64,000 bases of DNA from NCBI GenBank assembly GCA_964016885.1, contig OZ024743.1, positions 224,316,001 through 224,380,000 of the forward strand, written 5' to 3'. Made by a program: the position numbers and the translations under genes. Below, one piece after another: positions 11,447 through 63,510 of the stretch (position 1 is the first letter of the stretch; every line of letters begins with the position of its first letter). Source of the DNA: Eledone cirrhosa. Its lineage: Eukaryota. A model generated the notes under the pieces. The model was not told where the DNA came from, made no database searches, and saw nothing but the letters and a program-made list of their open reading frames with translations.

Positions 11447-12454
11447 CTGATACTCAACAGATGAAAACAAAAGAGTAAAAGTTTATTATAATGGATAAAC
11501 ATTCATTTAAAGGCACATTATTTCAAGATTGATGGCAGCAATATATGATAGAGTGTAAATAGAAAACGTTTAATTAAATGACTATCTCAGAACAGTTAAA
11601 TCAAGTTTGCTTAGCAATTATGCTTACTAGAACACAAACAAAAGTCTTTGGTATTTAACGTGAAGATGAGAGGATTCTTTCATGAAGAAAATGGTATAAA
11701 AAATTTGTTTCCTCTATTATTATTGAAAAAAAATCTTTTGAAATATCTTAAAAGCTATGATCTTTTTTGACTAGAATCTTTCGATTTTGTATGTTTATGC
11801 ATACATTCATTGGTGAGGGAGTGAAAATTTATGCTCAATATTCATCTGGTGGACAAACAAATGCTAATATTTTTCACAATATTGTTTAATATAGTTGGTG
11901 TAATGATTCAGCAGCAAATATCTGAAAACAAGTTTGTTGATTTCAACATTTATAGTATCTTTACAGATGAACAGATTGTTGTGAAAATTAGCAATATTAG
12001 AGTAATGACTAGTTTTTAATGTGAGGCAGTCTTTGTGCTGCTTTGTACTTTTCAAGAATGTCTTGCTAATGTGGTTTCAGGTTGTATAGGACGTTATGAT
12101 TCAATGTATTGGAATATTCATATTTGACTTTCTATAAAGATTTATTTGCTAGTGTCTAAGTTTAAGTTAATATCTAACAAAACAACACAACTTACAAAAT
12201 GTCAGGTATTAGGGTATTGTCTTCCTTTTAATTCAGAAGTAAGGATATGTATACATATAACGGAATGGCTATGAATAAGTGTATAGATTTGAGTTAGCTA
12301 TGATTTTAAAAAATTAAATATCGAGCACGAATAAGATACAAACAATTACAAAAAAAGAAGATAAATATATCAATAACCCTTTCAGCTTCTTATGTGTTTA
12401 TAAATTTGTTTCTATCTCACAATTATAAGTTGTTTGCATGGATATTATATTTTA

Positions 12455-13147
12455 TACATACACACACACATATATATATATATATACATACATATATACA
12501 CATATATATATACATATACATACATATATACACATATATATATACATATATACACATATATATATACATATACATACATATATATATATATATACATATA
12601 CATACATATATACACATATATATATACATATACATACATATATATATACATACATATATACACATATATATATACATATACATACATATATATATATATA
12701 TACATACATATATATATACATATACATATATACATATACATACATATATACATATACATACATATATACACATATACATATATACACATATACATATATA
12801 CATATACATACATATACATACATATATACACATATACATACATATATATACATATACATATATATATACATATACATATACATGCATATATAGGAAAAGA
12901 GTCAGGAAACCGACGGCTGAGCTCTAGCCGTTTCAACAGCTAGATCCGAATGACCAGAGCTCAGCCGTCGGGGTCCTAACTCTTTTCCTATTACCCACTC
13001 TACTACCTTAAGTATCGAGTACTCTGGTGCGTTATGGTCCACCTGGTATCTTACCATACCTTCTTTGTTCTTTATACACACATATGTATATATGTATATA
13101 TACATATATACACACACACATATATATATACATACACACACACACAT

Positions 13148-13179
<32 letters not shown>

Positions 13180-13194
13180 CATACATACACACAC

Positions 13195-13259
<65 letters not shown>

Positions 13260-13428
13260 CTATATATATATACATTCACACACACACGCACACACTATAT
13301 ATATATACACACACACACACAATATATATATATATATATATACACACATACATACATACACACACACACACTATATATATACACCATACACACATTATAT
13401 ATATATATATATATATATATACATACAT

Positions 13429-13466
<38 letters not shown>

Positions 13467-13506
13467 CATACATACATACACACACACATTATATATATAT
13501 ATATAT
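12455..13506. repeat. TA/CA-rich microsatellite arrays flanking a 180-bp structured island
   Basis: (TACA/TATA/CA)n runs; similar runs at 1-240 and 4170-4520. Confidence 0.95.
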
Positions 13507-13830
13507 CAACCATGAAAATTCTCCATATGTATTTGTAAAATCATTTTTATCTCTGTAACTCTTTAAAATTTACACAAACACACACAATACATTTCCGCTC
13601 TCAGACTTGTTGCTACAGTTTACTTTCCAACCAAATCTGGCCACTGGTGGTGGACACACTGAGACAATGAAAGTGTTGAAAAGGAGTATTCAGAAACTCT
13701 ATACAATGTACACAATGCAAATCTTGGGTACTCAAGAAGTGTAGTGAGACAGGCAAATTAACAGGAAAAAAGGATTTTGTATATAGTAGATATTCCAAGT
13801 CAATTGATAGGAGAGTTAATAATAATACTT

Positions 13831-14008
13831 ATTTCTGCTTTTGGCACAAGGCCAGCAATTACCCCAGTGCATTACTGGTACTTTATTTTATCGACCCCGT
13901 AAGGATGAAAGGCAAAGCTAACCTCGGCAGGATTTTAACTCAGACCGGAAAGGAGCGTAACTCTATGCTGTAAAGCATGGTGTCCGATGTTCTACCAATA
14001 CTGCCAAT
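13831..14008 (-). mobile_element. tRNA-derived SINE with Meta-like central domain
   Basis: Same family as 49875-50060; other copies at about 31020-31160, 31672-31842, 38348-38470, 47155-47328, 52645-52790. Confidence 0.8.
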
Positions 14009-16869
14009 AACAATAAATAATATAAAACTTTTCCAATTCCAGGAAGGATACATGACTATACCAGTGCAGTCTTCTCTCCTACATGCTATATCAGATTTCT
14101 CTTATACCCAGTTCATCCAAGCTTTGTTGTTTGCACACACTAACATTGTACATCTACTAAAGCATGCTTGCTTCATTTCTTTCGAGCCTTCACATATTTT
14201 CTACATTCACTACCATACAGGCATTATACAGATTTACAAAGAGAAGCCTTTTGTTGTCAAAGAAGTAGTAGTTCCCTGAATGTTTTCCATACCATTCTTA
14301 TTCTAGCTACTATGATCTCAAATCACCCTCCTCATATAGTTTCTACCAACTCCTATTCTACATATCAAGCAAGGCCACTTCCCTGATGAGACCAGGGTCT
14401 TGTCCTTTCCTACATACTGAAACTTTTGTTTTTGCCAAGTTTACTCCCATGCTGTTTCTAAAGAGTGACCTTTGCATCTCTCCAATTTACATATATTGCA
14501 TACAGGGGCATGAAGCATGACACATTCATTCTTTGGTTAAGTTACAGCTATATATAACAGCAATTGCTCGTGTTGTTTTACAATGATAGACAGCACCAAT
14601 GATATTTTCCAGGAGCTTTAAAACTGGTGGGAGGAAGAGAGGAAGTTATCTACAAACCAGTGATCAAAAAGAAAGGAAATTATCCACAGCCAGAGACATA
14701 AAAGCACTCAAAAGCCAGATGCTTTAAAACTGGGTAATGGATTAAGCCTGTTCCCAAAGAACAGGAACAGTGTCAGCAATGGGCTTCCATACAGTTTCCA
14801 TATATGAAACTTCACTTACAAACCTTTGGTTGACCCAAAGCTCTGACAGAGAAGACACTTGTCCAAGGAGCCTGACTGTAAGAGTGATCTCGAAACCAAG
14901 TAGTTGCGAAACAAACTTCTCTACCACATCCCCATACCTGTGCACATGTATAAAATATATATTGTACTGTGCTGGTAACAGGTGCAACATGGTCTTAGAG
15001 TTTCACTGCTGAGAATATTGTAAACATTTGCTTGATAAAGACATTATGAACGGGGTGCTTATCATTTAGCTTTATTGTTTTGAATAGTGTATCTTTTGCT
15101 TTACATTGAAGTTGCACTATATATGTGTGGCAATATTAGTTAATGCATTAGTAGAATATTATGGAGAAGTTTTTTCTTCCATGTATTCTTGAAACATACT
15201 TTTGGCAGTAAATAAGTATCAGCTAATGATTGACCAAATATAAATGAACATGATTTTATGAATATATGGTGCTATTCATTTCGTAAAAATATTCTTTAGT
15301 TTTAGATTTCAATTTAATTATCATACTCATAGTAATTTTAATTTTTTTCTTTCCATGTATAAAAATTTAAAATTGCACTGTTGAACTCTGATGTGATTAA
15401 GAACTCAAAATATTGATATAAGCTCTCTTGGATAAGACACACACCTCCGCTTGCTTCAGAAATCAAAGTATTCTGATTTCATCAGAGCTTTGATCTATGA
15501 AAGGGAACAACAAAGTATGCCAAATATACAATTCTCATCCCAAAACAGCTTTAAATGTTAAATATGAATAATGATGAATTCATGAAATATGAAGTGTTTA
15601 ATAAACTGCTGATGCTGATAATGAAGGAAGTCAGGACAGGTAGAAAGCCATTATTAACAGAAAAGAAAAATATATATATATATATATTGAATCTAAAACA
15701 TCTGCTGAAGGCTATTGAAGTAGATTAACTCTTTAGCATTTAAACCAACTGTATCTGGCCAGAATTCACTCACCTCTCTGTTCAAAGCTGCTATAACCAG
15801 CCATTCATACTGATGTTAAGGTATTGTTCTCAAAATAAATAATATCAAAATCTCATAGATTTGATATTATGTGAGGTAAAGCCTTTAACATGAAAATATA
15901 ATAGTAAATATAGACTAATGCAAATACTAAGGGGTTGAAAAACAAAAAGAGAAACAAAGCAAACTTAAATCTAAAAAAAACCAATGGGCAAACAATATGG
16001 CTGAATGAGAAGCTAATTACTACATGCATATGTAACCATAAGTTCAGAGCTAATGCTTAGCTGGATTTTTCATCTACTTTTTCTTTCCAATTACCGATCA
16101 CAAACACACACGTGCACATACACACACACAATATCGAGTCTTTTGGACAGGATATGACAGTAAAACCTGTTTATTTATAAACCATTTGTAAATCAGAGAA
16201 TCCACTGATGCTTTTTGCACAGGTCTGTCCCTCATAATCTATATATATTTTTGGGTAACATTTCTATTAAAGAAATAATAGCTGAACAGCCCTCAGAGCA
16301 TGGTGCAAAGTTGCAAGAAATCTTAATTATATAAGTTCTTCCTTGATATGTTGGCCAATTCTAAATACTATAACCCAGATGAATTGAAATGGTAAAAACA
16401 TAAAAGAGTGGAGTTTCCTCGGGTGATGAATGAAATCTAAAAATATAAACAATTATGAAATAATGATAAAAATATATATTCAAAATACTGTGAAAGAAAA
16501 AGAATGTTCGTTTTCTCATTAAAAAAAAAAAAAGATTTTTCTATCAAAAATTTGATTTCTGGAGAGAAATGTTAAGTTATGTATCGTCTATGTACAAAAA
16601 TTTCTCCAACATAGCAAATTGTTCTTTTTTTCTTTTATTATTTCGTTCAATATTTCTAGGATAAACAGTATCTCCTTGTGCATCTAGGACTTTGATTCTG
16701 AATATCTTATCTCTTGAGATACCAAATATTCCTTGAATATAATCATTTATATTTCCAAAATACAAAAAAGGAAAACCAACTCAGAAACATTCCATTGATC
16801 AATGGTAGGAAACTGTCTAAGAACAGCTTTAGTCTGTAGATGTTTCATTTGAAAGAAACATGAATGTTT

Positions 16870-53552
<36,683 letters not shown>

Positions 53553-56500
53553 CTGGAGAAGAAATTATCGTCTTTGAATTAAAGTGGTAAAGTAATTATA
53601 AAATTTTACCTCCCTAGCTGTTTTCCTTCTTTTTGTGTGTGAGTGGACTGAAATATTAAGGAGTTTGCTTCACAATTATTGTATCCCAGATTTGATCCCA
53701 ATGTGTGGCATCTTGGGCTGCATCATTTACCACAGCCTTGGATTGACATATGTCTTGTGAATAAAACTGACTAGAGAGAAACTGTTTGGAAGCCCATTGG
53801 CCAGCCTTGTCACATGCTGTGTTATGGTGAGAATTACATTAAGGTTTGACATGTCTATGGTTTGCTCAGCCTCTCACATGTTAACTTCACAAGCAGGCTG
53901 CTCCATAGATCAAACAATTGGAACACTCATTGTCAAAACTGACAGAGGTTCACTCCTAGCTATTTTTCATTGTCTATGCAGCAGAAACACAAAGTGCTCT
54001 ACTCCATTCAATGTCAAAAGAGTATGACTATATAAATATGTATGTCATCATACCTTCTATTACCAGAAACTTAAGAAAATTACTTGTATCTGTCAGAAAC
54101 TACAGATTACCATTTTTAATAACAAAAGGAGTGAAAAGCCCATAGTTATTTTAGGCTCTTCCAGAATGAGTGATTTGTATTATTCAATGAAATTAGAGAA
54201 GTTAGTGTTTAATTTTAACTGTTGTACATTGATAGAAGTAAAAATTAGACATAAAATTTCCAGAGAGTTCTAGTAACAAAGGATTAAATAAGTGTTTAGC
54301 ATAGGGTCCAATGAAACTCCGCAATGCATTAAAATAGCTGTTGTTTAACTCCATGTCAGATTTATTAAGCAGATGTACGACCACAGGTGAATTATTGATA
54401 AACAGGCAAATTGTCATCTTTTGGATGAAGTCTAAAATGTGTATGAGCGTGTGTGTGTGTGTGCTGCATGAGCGTGTATAGTAACAGTACTTTTCCATTC
54501 ATTTGAGCTGTTGCTGTTGAGCTCCAAGTCAATCCTGATTGAACAGATCTGCAATCAAAATCATTCTAGTCTTCTTTTAGGGGGTTGAGGGGACCTAACA
54601 AATTAAGTGGTCACATAAGTGTCCCTTGGTGGGTTGTATGTATGTGAGAGGTATTCTTAAGTGGGCTTTATTGGGGAAGGCAAAAGCTTAAATATATTAC
54701 AATAACTATAAAATCTACCAAGAAATTTTCCCCTCTATTTGAGTTAGTTGGAAGTAGACAATTTAAAAACTTTTGCATTCCTTTAGCCTGGATATCTTAA
54801 TATTCACCACATTTATTAGAAATGTGAAATTTGCTTCAGCTGACAACAGACAAAATTCTACATTAATGTTTGTTAAAAGATAACTAGTATCAATTCTTGA
54901 CAGATAGATGTCTGTTTTATATACATGTAAATCAGTATATGTAATATTATATTAATATTTTACAAAATTAATATTCTGTTCATTAGATTAACTTTCACTG
55001 TTACAGAATTTTAGCATTGATATATGTAAATTAAGCTAAAGAGTTAAAAATATGTGAAGCAGGTAAGAGAATTATATAGCAAGAGTTAAGATGGAAATTA
55101 TTGCGCTCAGTTAGACTTCCTAATTTACAGTAGAAAAAATGCAAAGAATTCCAGATGAGGCTGAACTTTACTGCATTGGTTAAAGAGAGATTAAAACAGA
55201 GAAAAAAGAAAAATGACAAGCAGATGAAAAGTTTAGTATCATGCAGAAAGGTTAACGTGAAAAAATATAAATATTAATAAATAAACAGGATAAAGAACTG
55301 TCAGACAATTACATTTGGTTGAAAATCAATTTATATGTAACAAACAATAATATATATTCTGTACTCTATGAAACTGTATAGGCACAACATTCTTAAAAAG
55401 GTTAAGACAGCACTATGATTGTATACATTGAAAACTAAAATCTTTAGTACAATACTGCAAATTGTTTCAACAATGTGTCTACTAGTAAAGATACTATAAA
55501 TATTTGAATTAACAAACCTGATTTTATACATTTTCTGTTATGGGTTAATATTGCACAAAGACAGAATATAAAAATAATTAAGCATGTTAAGAGTTATTAA
55601 TAAATAGAGTTAATATTGTTAAATATAAATTGCATTGATAGAAAAAATATGGTCATTCCAGCCAACGCTGATCCCTTTGAGGATCACAGCTGTCATGTTA
55701 AGTCTCCTACAAAATCACACACAACAGTTTTCTTTATATATATATATATAAAAAGAGTAAAGACCCCTTCGATCACAAATGACCATAGGATTTGCACCTA
55801 GAAAGTTCCCCTCAGAAGCACAAGTCCGGGCAAGGTTGTTTGTGGAAGACCAGCAGCCGCCTATGCATGCTAGTCTCCCATCTCCACACCACCGATGTTG
55901 TTCAAGGGAAAGGCAATCGCAAACACAGCTTGGCATGAGTGACATTGCAACTCATTTCTACAGCTGAGTAAACTGGAGCAACATGAAATAAAATATCTTG
56001 CTCAAGAACACAATGCAAAGCCCAGTCTGATAATCAAACTCACAACCTCACAATTGTAAGCCCAGTGTTCTAACCACTAAGTCATGCACCTTCACATATA
56101 TATGTATATGCATTACATAGGTAATATTTCTTATAGGTAAGATCCAAAGAAACTGTTATGATCTGTTTTGGCATATGTTAACCCATAAAACTTCATAGAT
56201 AATAAACAAATTTACTATGACTTGATTTACCATGAGTAAATAATTCAACATTACAAATATTTGGTCCTATTTCAGATTACTTTTTATTTTTTCTCCCTAA
56301 ACTGTCTGAAACGTTGCCTCAGAAATCAACTCACAATAATTTTCATTTTTATCTACATAATTTTATATGAAATAAACATAATACACCACCTGGTCCAGGA
56401 ATCAAACCCACAATAACTACAGTGAGAAAAACAGTGTAATCATACATTTTAATTTCAATGAGATTTGTTGGCAATTGTAAGCTTGGCAGTTTTAAGAGTA

Positions 56501-59067
56501 AGATTAAAGGAAAATAATAATTTCTGCAAAATTTAAAAGGAAATTTTACTCCTAGTCAGCATTTTAAAAATATTTAACTCTTTAGCATTTACATTACTCT
56601 ATATTTCATCATCATCGTTTAACGTCCATCTTCCATGGGTTTGGACGGGAGTTTTCCCACTTGAGGCAAGATTTGTTGTCCTGCTCGTATAGGACTGTCT
56701 GGCGGGTTTTCTACGGCTGGATGCCCTTCCTAACACCAACCACGTTTACAGTGTGGTCTGGGAGGTTTTTACCGTGTTACCTACACGGCCACATTACAGC
56801 GTGGACTGTGTGTTTTTTTTTGTCATGACACCTACACGACCTCATTTGTTTCGGACTGGATGTTGTGGTACCAACATAACTTCACATTTAAGGGGGTGGT
56901 GTGGCTGGGGTGGGGGTAGTGGGATGGGGGTGTATTTTGTTAGAGGTGCCTACTGACTGTAGGTTTCGCTTTGTACTTAGGCAAGGCGGGTCTTCTGTAT
57001 GACTGTATAGTGCCAAAGATCTCGGCCCAGTGACATTGTCTTGGAGAGGTGTAAGTGTGTGAGGTTTACTAATGTATTTTCATAGTAAACACTTTACCTC
57101 ACATAATTATCCCACATAATATTGAATCTATGTGCTTTTGATATTATTTTTTTGAGAACAATACCTTAACATCAGTATGAGCAGCTGGATACAACTGGTT
57201 TAAATGCTAAAGGGTTAATCAAGGAAGGATAAGCAGTTCCACAAACTCTTTTTAGAACTCCCGAGATTGGTGGGAGGAAAGTATCCTTAAATTGCAGACA
57301 TTGCACAAATGCTTGGATTTTGTAAAGATACTAAAGGGCCAGGTGGTGGTTTAAACCAGACAACAGACTAAGACCACCATCCAAATAGATTGCAGTGATA
57401 TTTGAATGCAGAATCCAATGAGCGGGAACAAATACCACAAGGTATCTCACCTAATGTTCTATTAATTCTGAAAATCTGTCCTAGACTGGTACCATATTTT
57501 ATCAATCCTAAAAGGATGACAGGCCGAATTGACCGTGGGATGGTTTGATCTCAGAGCACAGAAAAAGGGAACAAATGATTACATTTAACCCTTTTGATAT
57601 TAACCACAACCAAAACCAGCAATTTTAAATGCTGCCCAAATTTTATTTATTTATTTATTCATTTAATCAATTTAAACATCTGTACAGAGCTAGTAAGCCA
57701 TGACATAAGAAGTTAGTATCTTAGTAATGAAATAATTAATAATTTTAGTAAATCCACCAAAATTCTTTATTATTAATTAATTGAAATAGAGTGCATTTTA
57801 TTAAAAATATGGTCACAAAAAGGTTCATAATGAAAGAAGAAATAGAAAAAGAAACAGATAAGAATAAAAATAAAAATAGAAGTTAGATGAAATATAAAAT
57901 GAAAATTCAGAAAGTAGTGAAAAGAGCTGTAGAGGAAGCAATTTAGAAAAATCTGAGATAAAAATATTTACATTATTTGGTAAATTAGTTGACAGAACCT
58001 AGAATGAAAGAAAACAAGGCATTGAATTATTAATGGCAAACACTTTATAGAGTGTACTGGGTGCATTTTTATTTTTTTATAGCACCAGTGGACAGGGTGC
58101 TTTTGAATTTGGTACAAACACTAACACGTTATAGAGTGTACTGGATACATTTCATCATGACACCACCACTAAAAAGGTTGACATAAACGCAGCCAGACTG
58201 AACAGTCCTCTCAAACCATATATGACATGCACAACAGCTTGGCTTCCATATGTACACACACACTTTAACATAATAATCATCATCATTGTTTAACGTCCAT
58301 CTTCCACGCTTGCATGGGTTTGGATGGGAGGTTTCCCACTTGAGGCAAGATTTGTTGTCTTGCTCGTATAGGACTGTCTGGCGGGTTTTCTACAGCTGGA
58401 TGCCCTTCCTAACACCAGCCACGTTTACCTATATATAAATTTGAGCGACCTCCGTCCATCCATCACACAATGTGTGTGTGTGTGTGTTGTGTGAATCTTT
58501 TTCATACCAACCTGTCCAAAACTGTTCCAATTATCTGATAACAAAGTATTCATCTTTAAATAAACGATAATTTCATGGAACAATCTTTTTTAGTACATGT
58601 ACTAAATACCAGTTTAATAATTCTTCAAATTATTGATTATTTACAAAATTAATTGACCATCACCACCATAATAGCAACAAGCTATCAACACCCATCACCA
58701 CCACCACCACCACCACTACAATAGCAACAGCTATCAACACCCATCACCACCACAACCATAGAAATAGATAAACATTTATTGTTCATGGAATCTCATATCA
58801 CATGCAGGCCATCACCATATTCACTATTTTTTATTTTTTATTTTCAATTGAATTCATTTAAAGAAAAGTAGATTAAGTGTGAATTCCATGAGAGATTAAA
58901 AAAAATAATGAATAAACAGTAAATATAAAATAAAATATGTATAATATAATTGAGAGAGCAGGATTTTGTGACCTAGAATGATCTAATGATACATATATCA
59001 ATTAGAATCAATATCTTACTTCATATGAAATAAATAAAAATAACTGCCACCACCAAATACAATCCAG

Positions 59068-59445
59068 TACTCCCGGGTCTTAAATAATCGTCCCCCTCCA
59101 CTTAATAATTTTTCAGATACCACCACCCACCACACCCATCCATCCACCGCTTATTAAATTTTGCTAATCTATCTCCAACGAAATTTTATTCTAAGTGGTA
59201 ACATTCCTGCAATAATTAATTTTATTTAGACATTAATACGTAAACATTATACATGACCAAACATGTACATTATTAGAAATACCATACATTATAAAATAAA
59301 TAGGATGGGTTGGGGTCTCAATATGTAAAGTAAACAACCAATTCTGGTTTTTTAAAAAATCAATGGAGACAACCTAAAAAATTTACCGATTTTGTACCAG
59401 TGTCGCTTATTCCAACTTGCCCCTATTATTTGGGACCTGAGAGTA
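59068..59445. mobile_element. TA-flanked Tc1/mariner-type MITE
   Basis: Imperfect TIRs tactcccgggtcttaaataat / attatttgggacctgagagta. Confidence 0.6.
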
Positions 59446-60869
59446 CTTATAGAGTGAAAATAATAAACATGCAAAATTTAGTATTACATTTGTCAATAAG
59501 ATAAAATGCAACAAATAAAGTAGTAAAGTAACAATAAAAGAAATCAAAGTAAAAAGGTGAAAACAATGTTAGAACTGCTTAAAGGAGGCTGAAGATGTGA
59601 AACAAGAAATGAATATGAAGTAATGAAAGTGTTATCAAACTATTTTAAATGATAGTGTAGCAAAGTGTTAAATGGTTAAGCAAAATCAGATTATATAAAG
59701 GTTGATAAGATTAAAGAGTTAACATATGCATGTGTGCACACACACACCCATTCACTCGTTAATGTTCTTCCCAATTAAGGCAAGACTTTTAATTATTTTA
59801 GAAATTAATATAGTGTTGTGAATATTTCATCAAAGCAAAGTGAAATTTGTTTTTGTGGAAAAGTAGTATCTTAATTCATGGTGTTAAGTAATCAAAACCT
59901 ATTGAGTCAGATTTATGTTGAACAATGAAAAGAATAAGACAATATTTAGTAGTTAATTAATTCATTATTTTCTGTTAATTTCAGAGAGCAAAATAAAATA
60001 TATTGATGTGTAGATTAATTGATAGTTATTATGCAACTCCATATTATTAGCCACAAAAACATATGTATATTTATGGAAGTCATTGAAAAGGACACAAAAC
60101 TTTATATATATATATCATCATTTAATGTTTGTCTTCCATGGGGCCAGAGAAGGGGGAAGGGGAGGAACATCTCGCCTACATATATTGCTGCACTCTACCG
60201 ATTGTATTTTATCATAACACAAACACCAGCGGTGTTGTCATGTCTTTGGACACAGCTGAAGAGTCCTTCCAACTCTTTGTTTGGCAGGCTTTCTTATCAT
60301 GAATAACTTTACAGAGTGTACTTGGTATGTTTATCATGTATATCACCAACACTAGGGAGATTGTCATGCCGTTAACATAACTAAAGAATCCTCTTAACTC
60401 TTTTTGGCATGATTTCCTATTGCCAACCACTTACAGGGTGTACTGGGTGTCCCTTTTTGTAGTGCCAGTACTATATAGCTTGTTGATAATTGACTATTCT
60501 ATGGGGGTGGGGGCAGACAATAAGTATGGTGCCATGGGTATACGATGAGTGTGGTGAGGGATACTGTGATGATAGCAGCTACTAGAAAATTATGACTGGT
60601 GGCCCAGAGGGTGGGTGGTAGTAATATGAGTAGCTACCAATGAGTGAAGCATGGATAGGGCTGATATGTACAGTGATGGTGAGAAATAGCTGAAGAGCAA
60701 CGATGAGGTGAAAGTGTGCAGTAATAGCTATGATGGGGTGATGTGGAGGGGAGGGGAGGACATATGAAACATGGATAGTGTGGGGGTGTAGTGATGGTTA
60801 GGATAGCTACTAAGGAGTGCCACTAGAGGGAGAGGGCATATGGATGAGTCAGGTCACATTTATGCTGAG

Positions 60870-62830
60870 AGGCAGGTGAGTCTTCCCTAGTACAGCATGT
60901 CGCCAGTTCTTTTGTCATCTCTGTTGTGAAGTTCACCTTCTAAAGGTTGATTTTCACCAGCTCATCCAAAGTTTCCCTGGGTCTGTCTCTTTCGTGAGTT
61001 CCAACCAATGAGATTTATCTCCACTTCTTTAAACAGCTGTCACCTTCCACATGCATCACATGTCAACACCAATGCAGTCTTCTCTCTTGCACACTACATC
61101 CAATTACTTTTATGCCAAGATTTTCTTTCAGTTTGCCTATGCTATGTCTATCATGCACACTAATGTTACACATCCTTTCTTTCTAGTGTTTGCAAGTCTT
61201 TTGCAATCAAGCCCCATGTGTCACTGTTATGCAGCATTGAAATTTGCAGGCAGGAATTATATGGTTTACCCTTCACTCAGAGAGAATTTCTGGCCACTTC
61301 TTTTATACATATAAAGCAAGGCCATTTCCTTGACATTATCCACTTCCTGTCCTTTTTCCTTCTTATTAAGACCTTTTTTTTTTATACTTCGAGTTTTGGT
61401 TCTAACTATTCCAAGGATTCACCTATAAAGACTAGATCAGCATACAGGAGTTCACATGGCATGCCCATTTTAAACTCCTCAGTTATGGCCTGAAATATAA
61501 TGATAAATAGAATTGGACTGATAACTGAGCCCTGGTAAATATCCAACTGTAGTTCAAATTTATCACAGTACTCATTGCCAACTCTCACCTTACATCTTGA
61601 TAAATGGCTTGCACAGCCCTTACAAGCCATTATGTCTATAACTAGTTTCTTTAGTACCTACCAGATTACAGAGTAGAGGTACCCTGTCGGAGGCCTTCTC
61701 CAGATCCACAGATACCAGGTACAGTGGTTTACTCTTAGCTAAGTATTTCTGCAGTTGTCTAACCAGAAAGAGGGTATAAGCAGTACCATACCTAGCATAA
61801 AGTGGAACCATCCTATATGACTTGAATTGCTTTGTCTATCACACTGCTGTCAACTTTTATGGCTGGTCCTTCAGTTGGGTCTATATGAGGTTAGCGCTCA
61901 TTGTCCCATTTATTCTTTTCATTCAACAGTCTCTTTCTCTTTGGAATCAGTCACAGCAAGCATGCCACTATCATTTCAAACACACTTTTTGTCAACCATA
62001 TCATGATTTTCCCTAGCAGTCTTGCAATCCAGAACACTCTACGCTTCAGATTTTCACAATATGGAACATGTGCAAACTTCTTTACTGTGTCTCCCCTTGC
62101 TAGATATACCTGGAGCCTGGCCTTTCTTCTAGCTATTTGGTATTGCTCTCTATTTCTTCCTTTTCCGCTAATCTCTCCAGACTTGTTTAATTGTTTTTAT
62201 GGTTCTATCCACCTTATTCCATTACTATATCACCCTCCGTCTAGCTGGGACCTTGATTAAACTACAGACCTAGTCTGTGGCTTTTAGCAGGTTGTCTCTT
62301 AGAATTTCTCAAATTTTCTTTACACTATAGGTCTCCATCTCTTTTTCCTTACTCTCATAGGCATCAAGTAGGACTTCTCTGAAATTGTTGCCTGCCAAGG
62401 GATCTCTCAGCTCCCATGTTTCCCTTCTCCATATTGGCTTTTATCTCTTATTGTCTGTTACTTAGCCTTTACTCTAAGGCTACTGACAACTAATCTATGT
62501 TGGGAGGTACATTCTTCCTTTGGGAAGGACTTAGGATTCATGACCATTTGTTTATCTCATTTCCTGGTGAGAATAAAGTTTACCTGGCTTGTATGTCTAC
62601 TTGATTGGTGGCTGGATGGTTTCTTGAAGTTTGTGTTGCAAATGGTTAAGTTATTTGCATCACAGAATTCAAGAAGCTTAGGTCCTTCCTCATTTCTTGT
62701 ACCATATCTATAGTCTGCATGTATACTGGAAAAGCCATCAAGGTGTTCCCCAACATGTCCATTGAAGTTGCTAGCTGCGATAATGACATCATTGTCATTC
62801 GTCATTGAAGTAGTCTATAAGAGGACCTTA
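60870..62830 (-). mobile_element. Degraded RTE LINE (EN and RT fragments)
   Basis: SNFNGHVG..EEGPKLLEFCDANNLTICNTNF, DLEKASDRV, QGSVISP, ELLYAD; many stops. Confidence 0.85.
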
Positions 62831-63064
62831 CAGAAGTGATCTTTGTACTCGTTTGCAGATCAAATAAAATTACCCTTAGAGATGGGAAAAAATAAAAAAG
62901 GATGGACCGAGATGTCAAGAGTAATTTACTCATCTTATTCGACTATTTAATATGAATTGTGGCTGATGGGGAATTCAACAAGGAACAGGTGAGGTATGTT
63001 GGCAATGTATAGAAAGTTTGGCAGTAGATTAATGAAGTGCCAACTAATTTGATGAGGGTGTACA

Positions 63065-63510
63065 ACAGATGTAGATACAGAAAAGAGATAATAGATGTCA
63101 ACACAGAAAGGAGATAATAGATGTAGACACAAACACAGAAAACAGATGATGACTGTAGACACAGAAAAGAGATAATATATGTAGACACAGAAAAGAGATA
63201 ATATATGTAGACACAGAAAAGAAATGATAGATGATGACTGTAGACACAGAAAAGAGATGATAGATGTAGACACAGAAAAGAAATGATAGATGTAGACACA
63301 GAAAAGAAATGATAGATGTAGACAAAGACAGAAAAGAAATGATAGATGATGGCTGTAGACACAGAAAAGAAATGATAGATGTAGACACAGAAAAGAAATG
63401 ATAAATGTAGACAAAAATAGAAAAGAAATGATAGATGTAGACACAGAAAAGAAATGATAGATGTAAACAGAGAAAAGAAATGATAGATGTAGGCAAAGAC
63501 ACAGAAAGAA
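63065..63510. repeat. About 26-bp minisatellite
   Basis: Unit tagatgtagacacagaaaagaaatga with insertion variants. Confidence 0.92.

Noticed and set aside
12394-13558. Y/I/H/T-rich ORFs (also 25-302, 4022-4608, 25129-25509, 62943-63550)
   Set aside because: Translations of micro- and minisatellites.
54808-54911. Possible further upstream receptor exon (open, phase 1 to 0)
   Set aside because: Weak acceptor and no Ig C-strand Trp; probably chance. No convincing exon found from 53.6 to 64 kb.
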